A stretch of DNA of 64,000 nucleotides from the NCBI GenBank assembly GCA_976551045.1, contig CDPCPM010000026.1, positions 21,948,001 to 22,012,000 on the forward strand, in the 5' to 3' direction. The notes under the pieces were generated by a model, which saw only the letters and a list, made by a program, of their open reading frames with translations, made no database searches and was not told the origin of the DNA. Made by a program: the position numbers and the translations under genes. Shown here piece after piece: positions 25,910 through 36,729 of the stretch (position 1 is the stretch's first letter; each line of letters starts with the position of its first letter). The stretch is from Glaucostegus cemiculus (lineage: Eukaryota).

Positions 25910-26150
25910 CAGATAAGATATCTTTGTTAGTCACATGTACATCGAAACACACAGTGAAATATGTCTTTTGCATAGAGTGTTCTGGGGGCAGCCTGCAAGT
26001 GTCGCCATGCTTCCAGTGCCCACATAACATGCCCACAACTTCCTAACCCATACGTCTTTGGAATGTGGGACGAAATTGGACCATCCGGAGGAAGCCCACG
26101 CAACCACGGGGAGAACATACAAATTCCTTACAGACAGTGGCCAGAATTGT
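25910..26150 (-). mobile_element. V-SINE with Rex1/Babar-like tail, 5'-truncated, inserted in CR1
   Basis: agataagatatctttgttagtcacatgtacatcgaaacacacagtgaaat...gtctttggaatgtggg...ggggagaacatacaaattccttacagacagtgg; highly similar to 29120-29410. Confidence 0.85.
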
Positions 26151-27414
26151 GCCTGCCCTGAGTGGTAGGTGCCCAGAATGAGCTGCCAGGGGTAGTGGTG
26201 GAAGCAGATATGATAGAGATAGTTAAGAGGCTGTTGGATAGACACATGAATGAATACACAGGGAATGGAGAGTTAAGGATAATGTACAGGCAGAAGTGAT
26301 CTAATTTAATTAGGCATCGGGTTAGGCACAGACATTGTGGGCCAAAGGGCTTGTCCTTGTGTTGTACTGTGCTATGTTCTAATTAATTTCTTTCAGAAAG
26401 CTTCACTGCTGGCCCCCTGGAACAGGAATGGGAATGTGGATGATGGATCAAATTCTCTCAGCAGTGAATAGGAGTTGTTCTTAAACAACGTTCAATGGAC
26501 CTTTGGGTGTAGTTGAAAGAGATAAGGATCAAAGGTAATTAATGAGAGCAAATGCAGTGTAATTAGAGTAACATATACTGGTCAGATTTATGATGGATAG
26601 TCCATGTGCCTATTTCCACAGGCAACATCCTCCCCCACCCATCCCACTACCATAACATCTGACTAGTATATGCTCCATGTTGAGGCGCTTGTGAGAATCT
26701 GAATTAAAGAATCACTTTTTCAGCAAGTATTCTCATCTCTGAGGAGCTAATCACCCAAATGTGGCTTCACCCTGCAAAAGGTGGGGAATCCACAAATACT
26801 GCAGGGAATATGAAGTTCATTGTAACAATGTGTTCTGTTGTGATCTGAACTTTCCTTCAGTTCCAATGGAGCCATGAATGATCCTGAATATCGGTGTTGT
26901 CAACACTACTGCACCTATGTACTTAACTGTTGCCTTTAAAATGGCTTTGTCTATTGTGTTGCGACATATTTAGTACACGTGTCATGGCATAAATTTAGCT
27001 GGGTGAAACTATTCATTTTTTAAATTATCCTTAATTAAATGAATTGAAAAGTGAACATTTGGTATGTCCTGAGCCAAAAATCTGCAAGTTGTCCAACAGG
27101 GTGCCAGTCTGTCTGGTCCACTGATAATACTCTTTGTTTGGCATTTCAGATTGGCTCGATGTGCTAATTGAGGCAGTGAGACCACATATCCAAAGCATAA
27201 TTAACACCTAGTTAGTGAAAATTATGTTCAGTTCACTTTAGAACAAGCACATCAAATAACCACATTAGATAAAACACAGATCCAAATTTCTTTGTCCATA
27301 ATAAATTCAGTATATTCTCTGGACAAGCTACAAAGAAGCAGAATGGGGACCAGCAGGAGAGAGCACAAGAAACCAGAAAGAGGGATGCAGCAATAGCACA
27401 GAAATAAAAGCAAA

Positions 27415-28750
27415 GTTCTGGAGAGAACTGCTGGCTGGATGCAGAGCATGCATTAGTGGTTTCTTCAGGAAACTGCCAGCAGCAAGCACCAGTGTGCATG
27501 TTAGCACTACTGGTTCACTGCAGTGTGCATGTTTGGGAGTTCTTTGCAAAGCTGCCTCCTGGCTGGAGTGCAGCACTACTACATTCCTGAGAGAATCAGT
27601 GACTCACTGCAGTGCTCATGCCAGCCGGTTCGGTAGAGAACTGCCGTGCATGTGCTGTGCATGTGTTAGTACATTCTGTCCAGAACTACTGACTAGCTGC
27701 AGTGTACTCAGTTAGCAGGTACGACAAAGAATTGGCATCTAACTCCTGTGCTCACATGAATGGATTCAGTGAAGATCAGTGGCTAGCTTCGGTGGACCCA
27801 CAAGTGGGTTCCACAGAGAACTGCCAGCTACTTGAAGTGTGCACTTTAGTGCATTGATAGAGAACTGCCGGCCAGCCGTAATGTGAAAGTAAATGGATTC
27901 TGTGCAGAATCACTGGCCAGCTGCAGCTCCTGCTTTAGAGGGTTCTGGAGAGAGTTGCTGGCAAGCTGCAGTGTGCCCATTAACACATTCTATGGAGAAT
28001 TGCAGCTTGCTGCAGTGCACATGAAAATGGGCTCCATTGAGAACCACAGTTATCTGCAGTGTACATGTTGGTGGGTTCTGTAGAGAGGTGTGGCTGGCTG
28101 GAACACACATATAAGTGGGTGCTGCCCAGACTGTTAGCTACCTGCAGATCACGCCTTAGCACTTTTGTACAGAATTGTGAGCAAGCTGCTAAGCACACAG
28201 AAGCAGGCCCCATACAGAACCATTGACTAGCTGCAGCCCATGCGTTAGGACATTCCATAGAGATTCACCAGCCAGCTCAAGTGCACATTTCTGCTCCTTC
28301 TCTCGAGATCCGCTGGTTAACTGTAGCCAGTGTGTTAGTGTATTCCATGGAGAACCACCACCCAGCTGTACTGCACACTTCTGTGCATTTCATGGAGAAT
28401 CACCTGCTGGCTGTAATAAAAAAGTGTTCCTTAGAGAAATTCTGGCTCAATGCAGTGTGCTCATCAGCAAGTTCTTTTGTGAACTGCTAACTAACTAGCT
28501 GCTGTGCATGCACTGGTGCATTCAGCAGACAACAGCTGGCTAGTCTCAGTGCATATGTTAACACATTCCGATAGGAACTGTCAGTTAACTGCAGTGCACA
28601 GGTTAACACATTCTGGAGAGAACCACCAGCTAAATGTAGTGCCTGTGTTTATGGGTTCCATAGAGAACAATTGGCTAGCAACAGTGTGCATGTTGTTGCA
28701 TGTCACAGAGAACTGCAGGTGGGCTGCAGTGTGCATGTCAGCAAGTATCC
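27415..28750. repeat. Ancient degenerate 45-bp tandem array, ~30 units
   Basis: Anchor (g/c)agaa-like motif recurs at 27591, 27636, 27681, 27816, 27860, 27905, 27950, 27995, 28215, 28260, 28305, 28350, 28395, 28618, 28663, 28708; approximate consensus gagaactgctggctagctgcagtgtgcatgttagcacattccata. Confidence 0.9.
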
Positions 28751-28807
28751 CGGAGGTCACCATCTCGACGCAGTATATCTGTTAGGAATTCCAGACTTCC
28801 AGGGATT

Positions 28808-29462
28808 AACACAGTGGCACCACTGGTAGAGCCGATGCCTCACAGCTTCAGTGACACAGGTTAAATCCTGACCTCAGGTGCTGTCTGTGTGGAGTTTGTG
28901 CATTCTCCCTGTGACCATATGCATTTCACCCAGGTGCTCTTCTGGTTTCTTCCCACATTCCAAACCCGTGTGAGTTAGTGGGTTAATTGGCCACTATAAA
29001 TATCCCCCCATATGTAGGTGATTGGTAGATTCTGGACGAGAATTGATAGAAATGTGGGAAGAATAAAAAAGGGACTAGCATAGGATTACTGTAACTGGAT
29101 GCTTGATTTTTCTATGGTTGATAGGATATCTTTATTAGTCACATGTACATCGAAACACACAGTGAAATGCATCCTTTGTGTAGAGTGTTCTGGGGGCAGC
29201 CCACACATGTTGCCATACTTCCGGCGCCAACATAGCATGCCCATAACTTCTTAACCTGTACGTCTTTGGAATGTGGGAGGAAACTGGAGTACCCGGAGGA
29301 AACCCATGCAGACACAGGGAGAATGTACAGACTCCTTACAGACAGTGGCTGGATTTGAACCTGGGTCACTGGCACTGTAATAGCATTACACTAATCGCTA
29401 CACTACGTGATGTGGCCCTGGTGGGCAGAAAGGCATTTATCCATGCTATTTACCTCTATGAT
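28808..29462 (+). mobile_element. HE1/V-SINE-like SINE whose tail is split by an antisense SINE
   Basis: Head acagtggcaccactggtagagccgatgcctcacagc, core gctgtctgtgtggagtttg...ttctccctgtgacc; tail resumes after 29410 as ggtgggcagaaaggcatttatccatgct...ctctatgatt. Confidence 0.8.
29120..29410 (-). mobile_element. V-SINE with tRNA head and Rex1/Babar-like tail, near full length
   Basis: Reversed head ggatttgaacctgggtcactggcactgtaatagcattacactaatcgctacactac; V core; tail tatctttattagtcacatgtacatcgaaacacac. Confidence 0.85.
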
Positions 29463-29469
29463 TTACATG

Positions 29470-29615
29470 CTGGTGCTTAACGTAAGTACTTAATGCACTC
29501 TGTACTAACTCAGTGTAACTGCACTGTGTAATAAATTGATTTGTCCGAACCATATGCAAGACAAGTTTTTCACCGTACCTTGGTACAAGTGACAATAATA
29601 AACCAATACCAATAC
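29470..29615 (+). mobile_element. Rex1/Babar-type LINE 3' tail
   Basis: aatgcactctgtactaactc...gtaccttggtacaagtgacaataataaaccaataccaatac, reverse complement of 13141-13270. Confidence 0.8.
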
Positions 29616-29705
29616 TTCAAATTTGTTTATTCTGATTTTCACTAATCATATGTGATCCCATTCAAGTGAAAAGATTTGTCTATCTTCATTGAAAAGGCCG
29701 GTTTA

Positions 29706-29860
29706 ACCATAGAACAATACAGCACAAAACAGGCCCTTCGGCCCACCAAGTTGTGCCATCCTTCAAACGTCTCACAATCTAACTCTTTCCTCCCACATAT
29801 CCTACTATTCCACATTCTTCCATGTGCCTATCTAACAATCTCTTGAACCTGTCCATCGTA
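29706..29860 (-). mobile_element. CR1 3' tail
   Basis: accatagaacaatacagcacaaaacaggcccttcggcccacc...ccatgtgcctatctaacaatctcttgaa. Confidence 0.8.
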
Positions 29861-30127
29861 TTTATCTTTGATTCAATTTGCATTTCTTTACTCCATTCTG
29901 AATTTATGTCTTGAATTAATTAACAGTGGATTAACGAATGCTGGTGGCCAGGTCTCAGGATGTAATGTCTTGAAGTCAGTGGAGGGCTTGCAGTCTGCAG
30001 CCCCAAAACAGCAAGATTGTAGGGACCTGTGCAGCCAGTGAAGGTTAATGCAGGCACATAGGGATGTGCAAGGCTGGTGGGCCATATCAATCTTTTGCAA
30101 TATCTCAAACCATTAGGATCGTTACAT

Positions 30128-30450
30128 GACACAGTGGTGCAGCAGTTAGTGCTGCTGCCTCACAGCTCCAGGGACCCAGGTTTGACCCTGAACTTGGGTG
30201 CAGACTGTTTGCAGTTTGTGTGCTCCTCCCTTCACTGTGTTGGTTTCCCCCTACATACCAATGACATACCGATCGGTTAATTGCTACTTAAGCTACCCTT
30301 TAGCATTGAAACAAATGGGTATTGATGGGCACGTGAGGGAGAAGAAGTTGCAGGGCCACAGAAGGAAGCTGAGTGGGATTGCTGAGATTGTTATGATGGA
30401 AGCTGGCATGGACCCACTGGGCTGAATAGCCTTTTTCTGTGCTATAATAA
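30128..30450 (+). mobile_element. HE1/V-SINE-like SINE, diverged
   Basis: acagtggtgcagcagttagtgctgctgcctcacagctccagggacccaggtttgaccctg...ggcatggacccactgggctgaatagcctttttctgtgct. Confidence 0.8.
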
Positions 30451-32019
30451 GTAAGCAAGCATAAGAGGCCTTTAGTGCAGTGTTGAAGCCTTGAACCCAA
30501 TTTGTCATGTGGAGCTGCAAATTATTTGTGCGCTACAGGGATTATAGTGGAAGGAAGAATGGAGGTGTGAATTGAAACTGTGGAAGAAAAGTACTGATGG
30601 ATTTACTCACACTGACAAAAAAAAGTATTTGGGCTTTTTGCATGGATGATGCTGGGCTTTGATTGGTTTAAATTAGTTAGACCAGTTAATGCAGATGTTG
30701 TATTGCAGATGTTGTTGGATTGCACTAGTGCAGAATTTACACCATAGTCTGGTTACATTCCAACCAGGTGTCCTCACTGACTGATCTTACTAATGAGAAT
30801 TTGTCTCATGTTTCCTGAGAAAACTTATTTAAAAAATGGTTATCACTATAAACAATTGTGAACTGGATAGAGAACAGATGGAAACCTATGTTCACTAAAT
30901 CTCTCTTGCTGATGATATGAAAATGAAGTTTAAAGATTGCAAACCAGTATTTCTGCACATTACATTCAAGAAAATGCAAATTCTTTCTTCATTTCATACA
31001 ACTGGTCTTAATTCTATTATAATGGAGGTCTCAATAAGAAAAAAATAATTAAAGAATATCTAAAAACTTGTAGCAAAACATTGTCAAAAAAGTTCAGACT
31101 CCATTTTGTATAAAATACGTCAGTCAATTTAACTGTAGCGCAAATTCATAATGAAAGCTCTCATTCATTGGTCTTGTACATCAATGTGGATCTACAGAAA
31201 TTAAGAGATTTCAGTGGATATAGCTTGTATGGTCAATGAAATTCCCATCAACCATCACAGTTGCATAAAACTGGCAAATCAATTGGAGTAAGTTTCATTA
31301 AAAAACTGCAAATGCAACCTTAAACTAAAACCTGCCAAGAAATTCTTTTTAACCTTGCTGCAGTTCCATGCATAAATTGAAGTGTATTTCCATGTATAGG
31401 TTGAATTATATTGGTGAAGTAGGCATGTAGTAATTTTATCTTGCTTACATTAGCATTTCCTTCTCCATCTTGAAGCTTTTGGGACTCCATTTGTAGAGAC
31501 CTTGAGAAATTTACAAATGATCAGAATAAATCACAAAGAAATGCATAGTGACGGATCTAACTATGTCCTATGTTGTCGAAACAAAATAGTATTTAAAAAT
31601 GGAATCTTTCATTCCCAGTACTCTTTGATGGAAGAATATATTTTGTCTTAGCAGATTTCTTTCACTGATATTTTATATTCATATGCAGGAACATATAAAT
31701 TAAGAAATGTGAAGACTGCATCCAAAGCTCATCAGCAAACATGTTTTTTTTTCAGGGATTAATCTCTGTGGTTAATCCTAAACAATGCTAACAGTTTAAC
31801 ATGTGTAGTGTTTAGCATTTTTCATTAGTGTTCTAAAGAGAGGGATGCTGAGGACTGGAACACACTTACCACTCTGGTAGTTATTACAATCAAATGAGAT
31901 AAAGGACAGGGTTGATGCAGTATAAATTTCCATCCCAAATTTAAACTCCAAAGACTGTTCCTATTCCCTGACGCAGACATGACATTTTCCACAGTTCCAC
32001 AGCATTTTTCCCCCAATTG

Positions 32020-32340
32020 CTTTCAGTGGGGGAGGCCAGAATCAAGGTTATAGGTTAAGGATAAGGGGTAAGCCATTTAAAACTGAGATGAGGCAAAATC
32101 TCTTTTTGCAGGGAGTGGTGAACCGGTGGAATTCTCCACCATGGAAAACAGTTGAAGCCAAGTCAATTAAATATATTCACAAAGAAGTTAAATATTGTTC
32201 TTATGGCTGAAGGGATCCAGGGCTAAGAGGAGGAAGTTAAAACTGGTACTGATTTTTAATGATCAGCTATGATCACATTGAATGAAGAAGCAGGATTGAA
32301 GGGTTGAATGACCTACTCCTGCTCCTATTTTCTATATTTT
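32020..32340 (+). mobile_element. CR1 3' end
   Basis: aggataaggggtaagccatttaaaactgagatgaggc...gagtggtgaaccggtggaattctc...gatcagctatgatcacattgaatg...gaatgacctactcctgctcctatttt. Confidence 0.85.
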
Positions 32341-34319
32341 TACTTTGCATCATGGCTCAAGCTGGACTCACACTCACTAACAGCTCCAAACAGTGCACCT
32401 TTGGATTCTTGCAACAGCCAGGCAAGGAAGTCTCACTTTAGACATCTAGATCTGGTTCAAGTCCATGGTCCAACACACCATTCTTGCTTGTCCCAGTGCT
32501 GAGTCTGTGCTGTTGTCAGTCATCCCAAATAACTATCTTTCACATCCTGGTACAACCCTTTGTTGATATTCCCCAAGGCTGTTGCTGTGGACACCACAGG
32601 GTCTGGAGTGCACCACAGGGGCTGGAATGCACCCTGGACACAGAGAAGAGTATTTTAATTTATATCTGTTGTGGTTGATGCATTACTAAAGTTATGTTAA
32701 AACAATAATAACATGCTGTCAACAGAGAAAGTGCATAAAACATCAAGGTATGACAAACCAGTGCTATCAGCTCAGGCCTCATTCAATGCAAAGACAGCAC
32801 TAGTTCTCCAACTGTTTACCTGTTCCCTGAACGCACAATTGAACAGAGTTTGTTGGAGAGATTTGTGATATTTCCTAGTGTTTCTCCACATGGTGAGATC
32901 AAACACTGCTGTCAGATAGAGCCTTGGTGTTTCCTTACAAAAGGCACCGGATAATGGTTCATTGGGAATTTATCCCGAGTTTCTCTTTCTTTCAAAAAAA
33001 ACCCTGAGCTTTGTTTTTTATCAACTACCAAAAATAGTAACAGTGCAATCAGCAAGGCATTAGGAATGCCAGTGATATTTTCCAAAAGCCTTTCCTTCTT
33101 TAACTCTATGATTCGTGCAATGTACATCAAATGGAAAATACACTAAATTCACCAGAATGAACACTACTTTTCAATCCTCTTCCATTCCAGTCAATACCAA
33201 TGTTCTATCTCACTATACACTTGGAAAATACTCTGTGATTTAAACATTCTACGAAGCACAGTGACACAAATAAATATGTAAATATCCCCGTTAGCTTCCT
33301 CCCTCTCTGTAATACCCCTCTCAGTAAATTCAGCAACTAACCATTGACCTAACAGCACTGTGTTGTGAAGGCAGATGCAGTGGTACAGGCAGTAATTATT
33401 AAATTTAAAACTGAATGTGAGTTTATTATTTGGCTTTTGAAATCAATGCAATTTATCATTGCATCAGAAAAGTAAACTAAAATATTTTACTTTCATACCA
33501 GAAAGACTGACTTAATATGCTGTTTAACCAATTCTTTTTAAACCAAGTGAATGATGTTTAACCAGAATCAAACAATCTGTTTAAGAATAATAATAAAAAT
33601 TTGCACCAGTGCAGTGAATTGTTGCTTAGGCAAACATTACAGGTCTTCCTCAGATTACAAATGTCTGACTTATGTATAACCCCTACTTATGAACTACACT
33701 TGGGAGACAGGTGGGGCTGCAGGCATCTTCTGCTCTCTGGGAACTCAGCTTGCAGCTGCATTTTTGATTTGCGAACCCTCTGGGTTACAAATAGTCATAG
33801 GACTGGAACCTTGCTGTAACCTGGGGAGGAGCTGTATTAGATAATAACTTCAGTGCCCCATGACTATTCACACAGCTAGGTATAGATTTTTTATCATGTC
33901 TAGGGGGAAGGAACCATTGCAAATTTCCTCCCATATAAAAAAACTTAAGGACTTAAGGAAAAGGAAGATCCCACTTTGCTTACAGAAAGAGGAAGAATCA
34001 AACATTTTTTCAAACCTCTATTACTAAGGTACCTTTAATGGAGCATGATTGCCTCTGTGCATAATATGTGCAAAAACATTCCTATATATTTGTTGTCATT
34101 TTGGTACACTTGATACAGAGGAAATCCCTAAGTATCTCCTGCATATAAGCACTATTTTTCTCTAATTTTCCCTCTGTTTACTGACATTTCAAATAGTTTC
34201 CTCTATGGTCACTATTTCTTGAACTTCAAAGAACAGAATCATCACGTTCTTCACACTAACCTTGTGCCAACCCTTTCATCCCCTACAACTACAATTTTCA
34301 TCCTCAAGGCTTTGTCCCA

Positions 34320-34560
34320 TTTTAGAGACAAGGAAGAATTTCTTCTCTCAGAGGGTCACACATCCGGAATTCTCTGTCCTAGAGAGGAGGGAAGGTGAGT
34401 CATTGAATATCTTCAAGGTTGAGTTGGACAGAGTTCTGATCCAACATAGAAGTTAAGGTTTATGAGAAGAGGAAGAAAAATGCAGTTGTAGCCAAGAGAA
34501 AATCAACCTTGACCTTACGGAGAAGATTTGCCACACTTATGTCTGGTATTCTTACATCTT
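34320..34560 (+). mobile_element. CR1 3' fragment
   Basis: aggaagaatttcttctctcagaggg...gagtcattgaatatcttcaaggttgagttggacag. Confidence 0.7.
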
Positions 34561-36729
34561 AAGTATATCATCATCACACAACATTGTGGTTCCTCCAAGC
34601 TTCAAATTCTTTCAACCTAACTTTCGCCTTGTCCACAGAACTGACTCTCCTCCACGTGACATGCCCTGGCACATAACCCATCTGGTCTTCCATGATGTTT
34701 GCAATCTGTTGGACACAACTGTCTAATGGGACATAACTGTCTAATGGTTCACCTCTGGTGGGGTGGGGGGGGGGCTGCCCTAGCATGGTTATACTTCCAC
34801 CTCTCTCTAGTAATGGCTCAGCACACTCTATAGATACCTTTGGTTTTTCACAGTGTTTTCCTTGAAATCCAGTTTTTCCTTTGTTTTGATAATGCAGGCC
34901 CACAACACAACTCCAACCCTTTTCTCTGCTAATGGATCCCAAAGAACTGCATGGACATCAGTGACAAGGTATAAGGTTAAGGATCCTTCCCTTGATCTGA
35001 GCATGACTAAAAATATCTGAACCATTGTCTCCAAGCCTGAGTTGCATTCCCATTTATACTGATACAATTTCATTTTTCCATTTTACTGCCATTCCTTATT
35101 TCTCTGAGCTAAATAGCAAACCCCTATGCCATCCAAAAGGAGAATTGTCAACCTCATGCTTATCATATTAACCTTTACTTAATGTTTAACTTTGTCAATG
35201 TCCTGCACTGGGCCACCTAGCCCCATCCTCACATAATCTCCAACTGATGTGAAACTTTGGCACTCACACCCTGTCTGTAATAAAGTCTCCTGTGTCATTA
35301 CAGACCATTGGACTGAATTCAAAATTCTTTTCCTTCTCAATGGATAATTTTCCAGGCTCTTCCTGCCACTCCTGTTCAAGCTCTTGCAAACCTGTATGAA
35401 CCTGTGCCTTTATCTCATTTATGCCTCATTTTCTCACAGCTCTTCTTTTACCTGCAGTTCAATCAGCTGTCTCAATCTTATTCTCTGGAATGCTTTCTCC
35501 AAACGTGTACTGTCTGTTCTCTTCCCCCCACCCCACCCCCCATCTCTTGTCTTTAAAAGCAAGCTCCCTTTCTGAAATTTACCAATTTCTTTTATTTTTT
35601 CTGTTCCTATCATCTGTCCATAATCACCTGCATAAATTGCTTTAGAACTATTTATTGACTCAGTAACGCTACATAAATGTAAATTGTTATACAAAGGAAA
35701 CAATGGAATGAGCTACAAACATTAGTATGCCACTGACATCACTGTAACAGCAGCAACAAAACCTAATGGAAGAACCCAACAAAGTAGGAAAATGCTTCAA
35801 ACATTATTGCATAAATATGCATAATACTTGAAATTGATGTATAAGTGGCTGAGTACAAATCATGCATTTTTAAAATGCAGTATTTCTAAGACATTCCAGT
35901 TCATTGATTTCAACATTTCATTTTAAATACAAAAATACCTAATTTATACCACAGCTGCCAATGGCAAATAAACATAAATATTCCACATCATATATTAAAC
36001 TACAAAGTTAAAAATTCTGTCAAAGGCATCTGGTAAACCAAAATACTAGGTAATTTCAATATTTCTAGCTGTAAGCTTTCATGTTATTTATGCATAATAA
36101 TTGCTTCAGCTTTTTGAAAAATTCCTGTTAGAAATTGCTAGCATTTTACACATATTGGAATTTTCATCTTTCTGTATTAAGCTCAATCTTCAACATTTTT
36201 ATATACAGTCTGCAGCTGCAATTAATCTTCCCCAGTGGAAAGATTCACTGTCTTCAGGATTTATGACTAGGTGCTGGACACTGCAACAATATTGTGGAGC
36301 TGGGTCTCTGATAGAAGTGTGCTGCTAATTGGATCTCGGCAGCTAATCAGTACTCTGTGAAAAAAAATCATCCCACTGGTTCTGTCTGATAAAATGGATG
36401 GCTCTGCTTCCATACCGAATCAGAGAATTGAATCCCGAAATCAAATCCAGCTCCCGATTAATATCATAAAGGTTACTAATGCTCCTGTCACAAACCCAAT
36501 CTAGGTGCTATGTGTTGAGTTGATCTTGTATTCAAGCATGATTGCTCAACTGAAAAAAGGTGATAGCCTGGTTTAAGAGTGCCAGATCTGGTTGAGAGTA
36601 TACTATAAATGCAGCCAAGTCAGCTGCTTTCATTGTAGGCCATGAGCTGGATCACAATTGTAAAGGAAAGTTAATTCAGCCTGCTTAATGCACAGCATAT
36701 CAAATAATTTCTTTGTTTCCCCTCACACA

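Larger units (their letters stand above)
25598..26382 (+). mobile_element. CR1 LINE 3' end carrying two nested insertions
   Basis: atagaagtttataaaattatgagaggtatagatagggtaggcagtcagaatcttttttcc translates IEVYKIMRGIDRVGSQNLF (CR1 ORF2 C-terminus); ends gggccaaagggcttgtccttgtgttgtactgtgctatgttct. Confidence 0.9.

Noticed and set aside
27415-28750. CRISPR-like array
   Set aside because: No invariant repeat alternating with unique spacers; the whole unit is homologous and degenerate; no cas genes; eukaryotic context.
32602-32643. Two-copy 19-bp duplication (similar small duplications at ~34717 and ~30691)
   Set aside because: Ordinary local slippage duplications.
34560-35460. Possible L2 LINE remnant (EFKIL-like at ~35315; also 1-190 and 7440-7720)
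   Set aside because: Too degraded to set boundaries or a family by eye.
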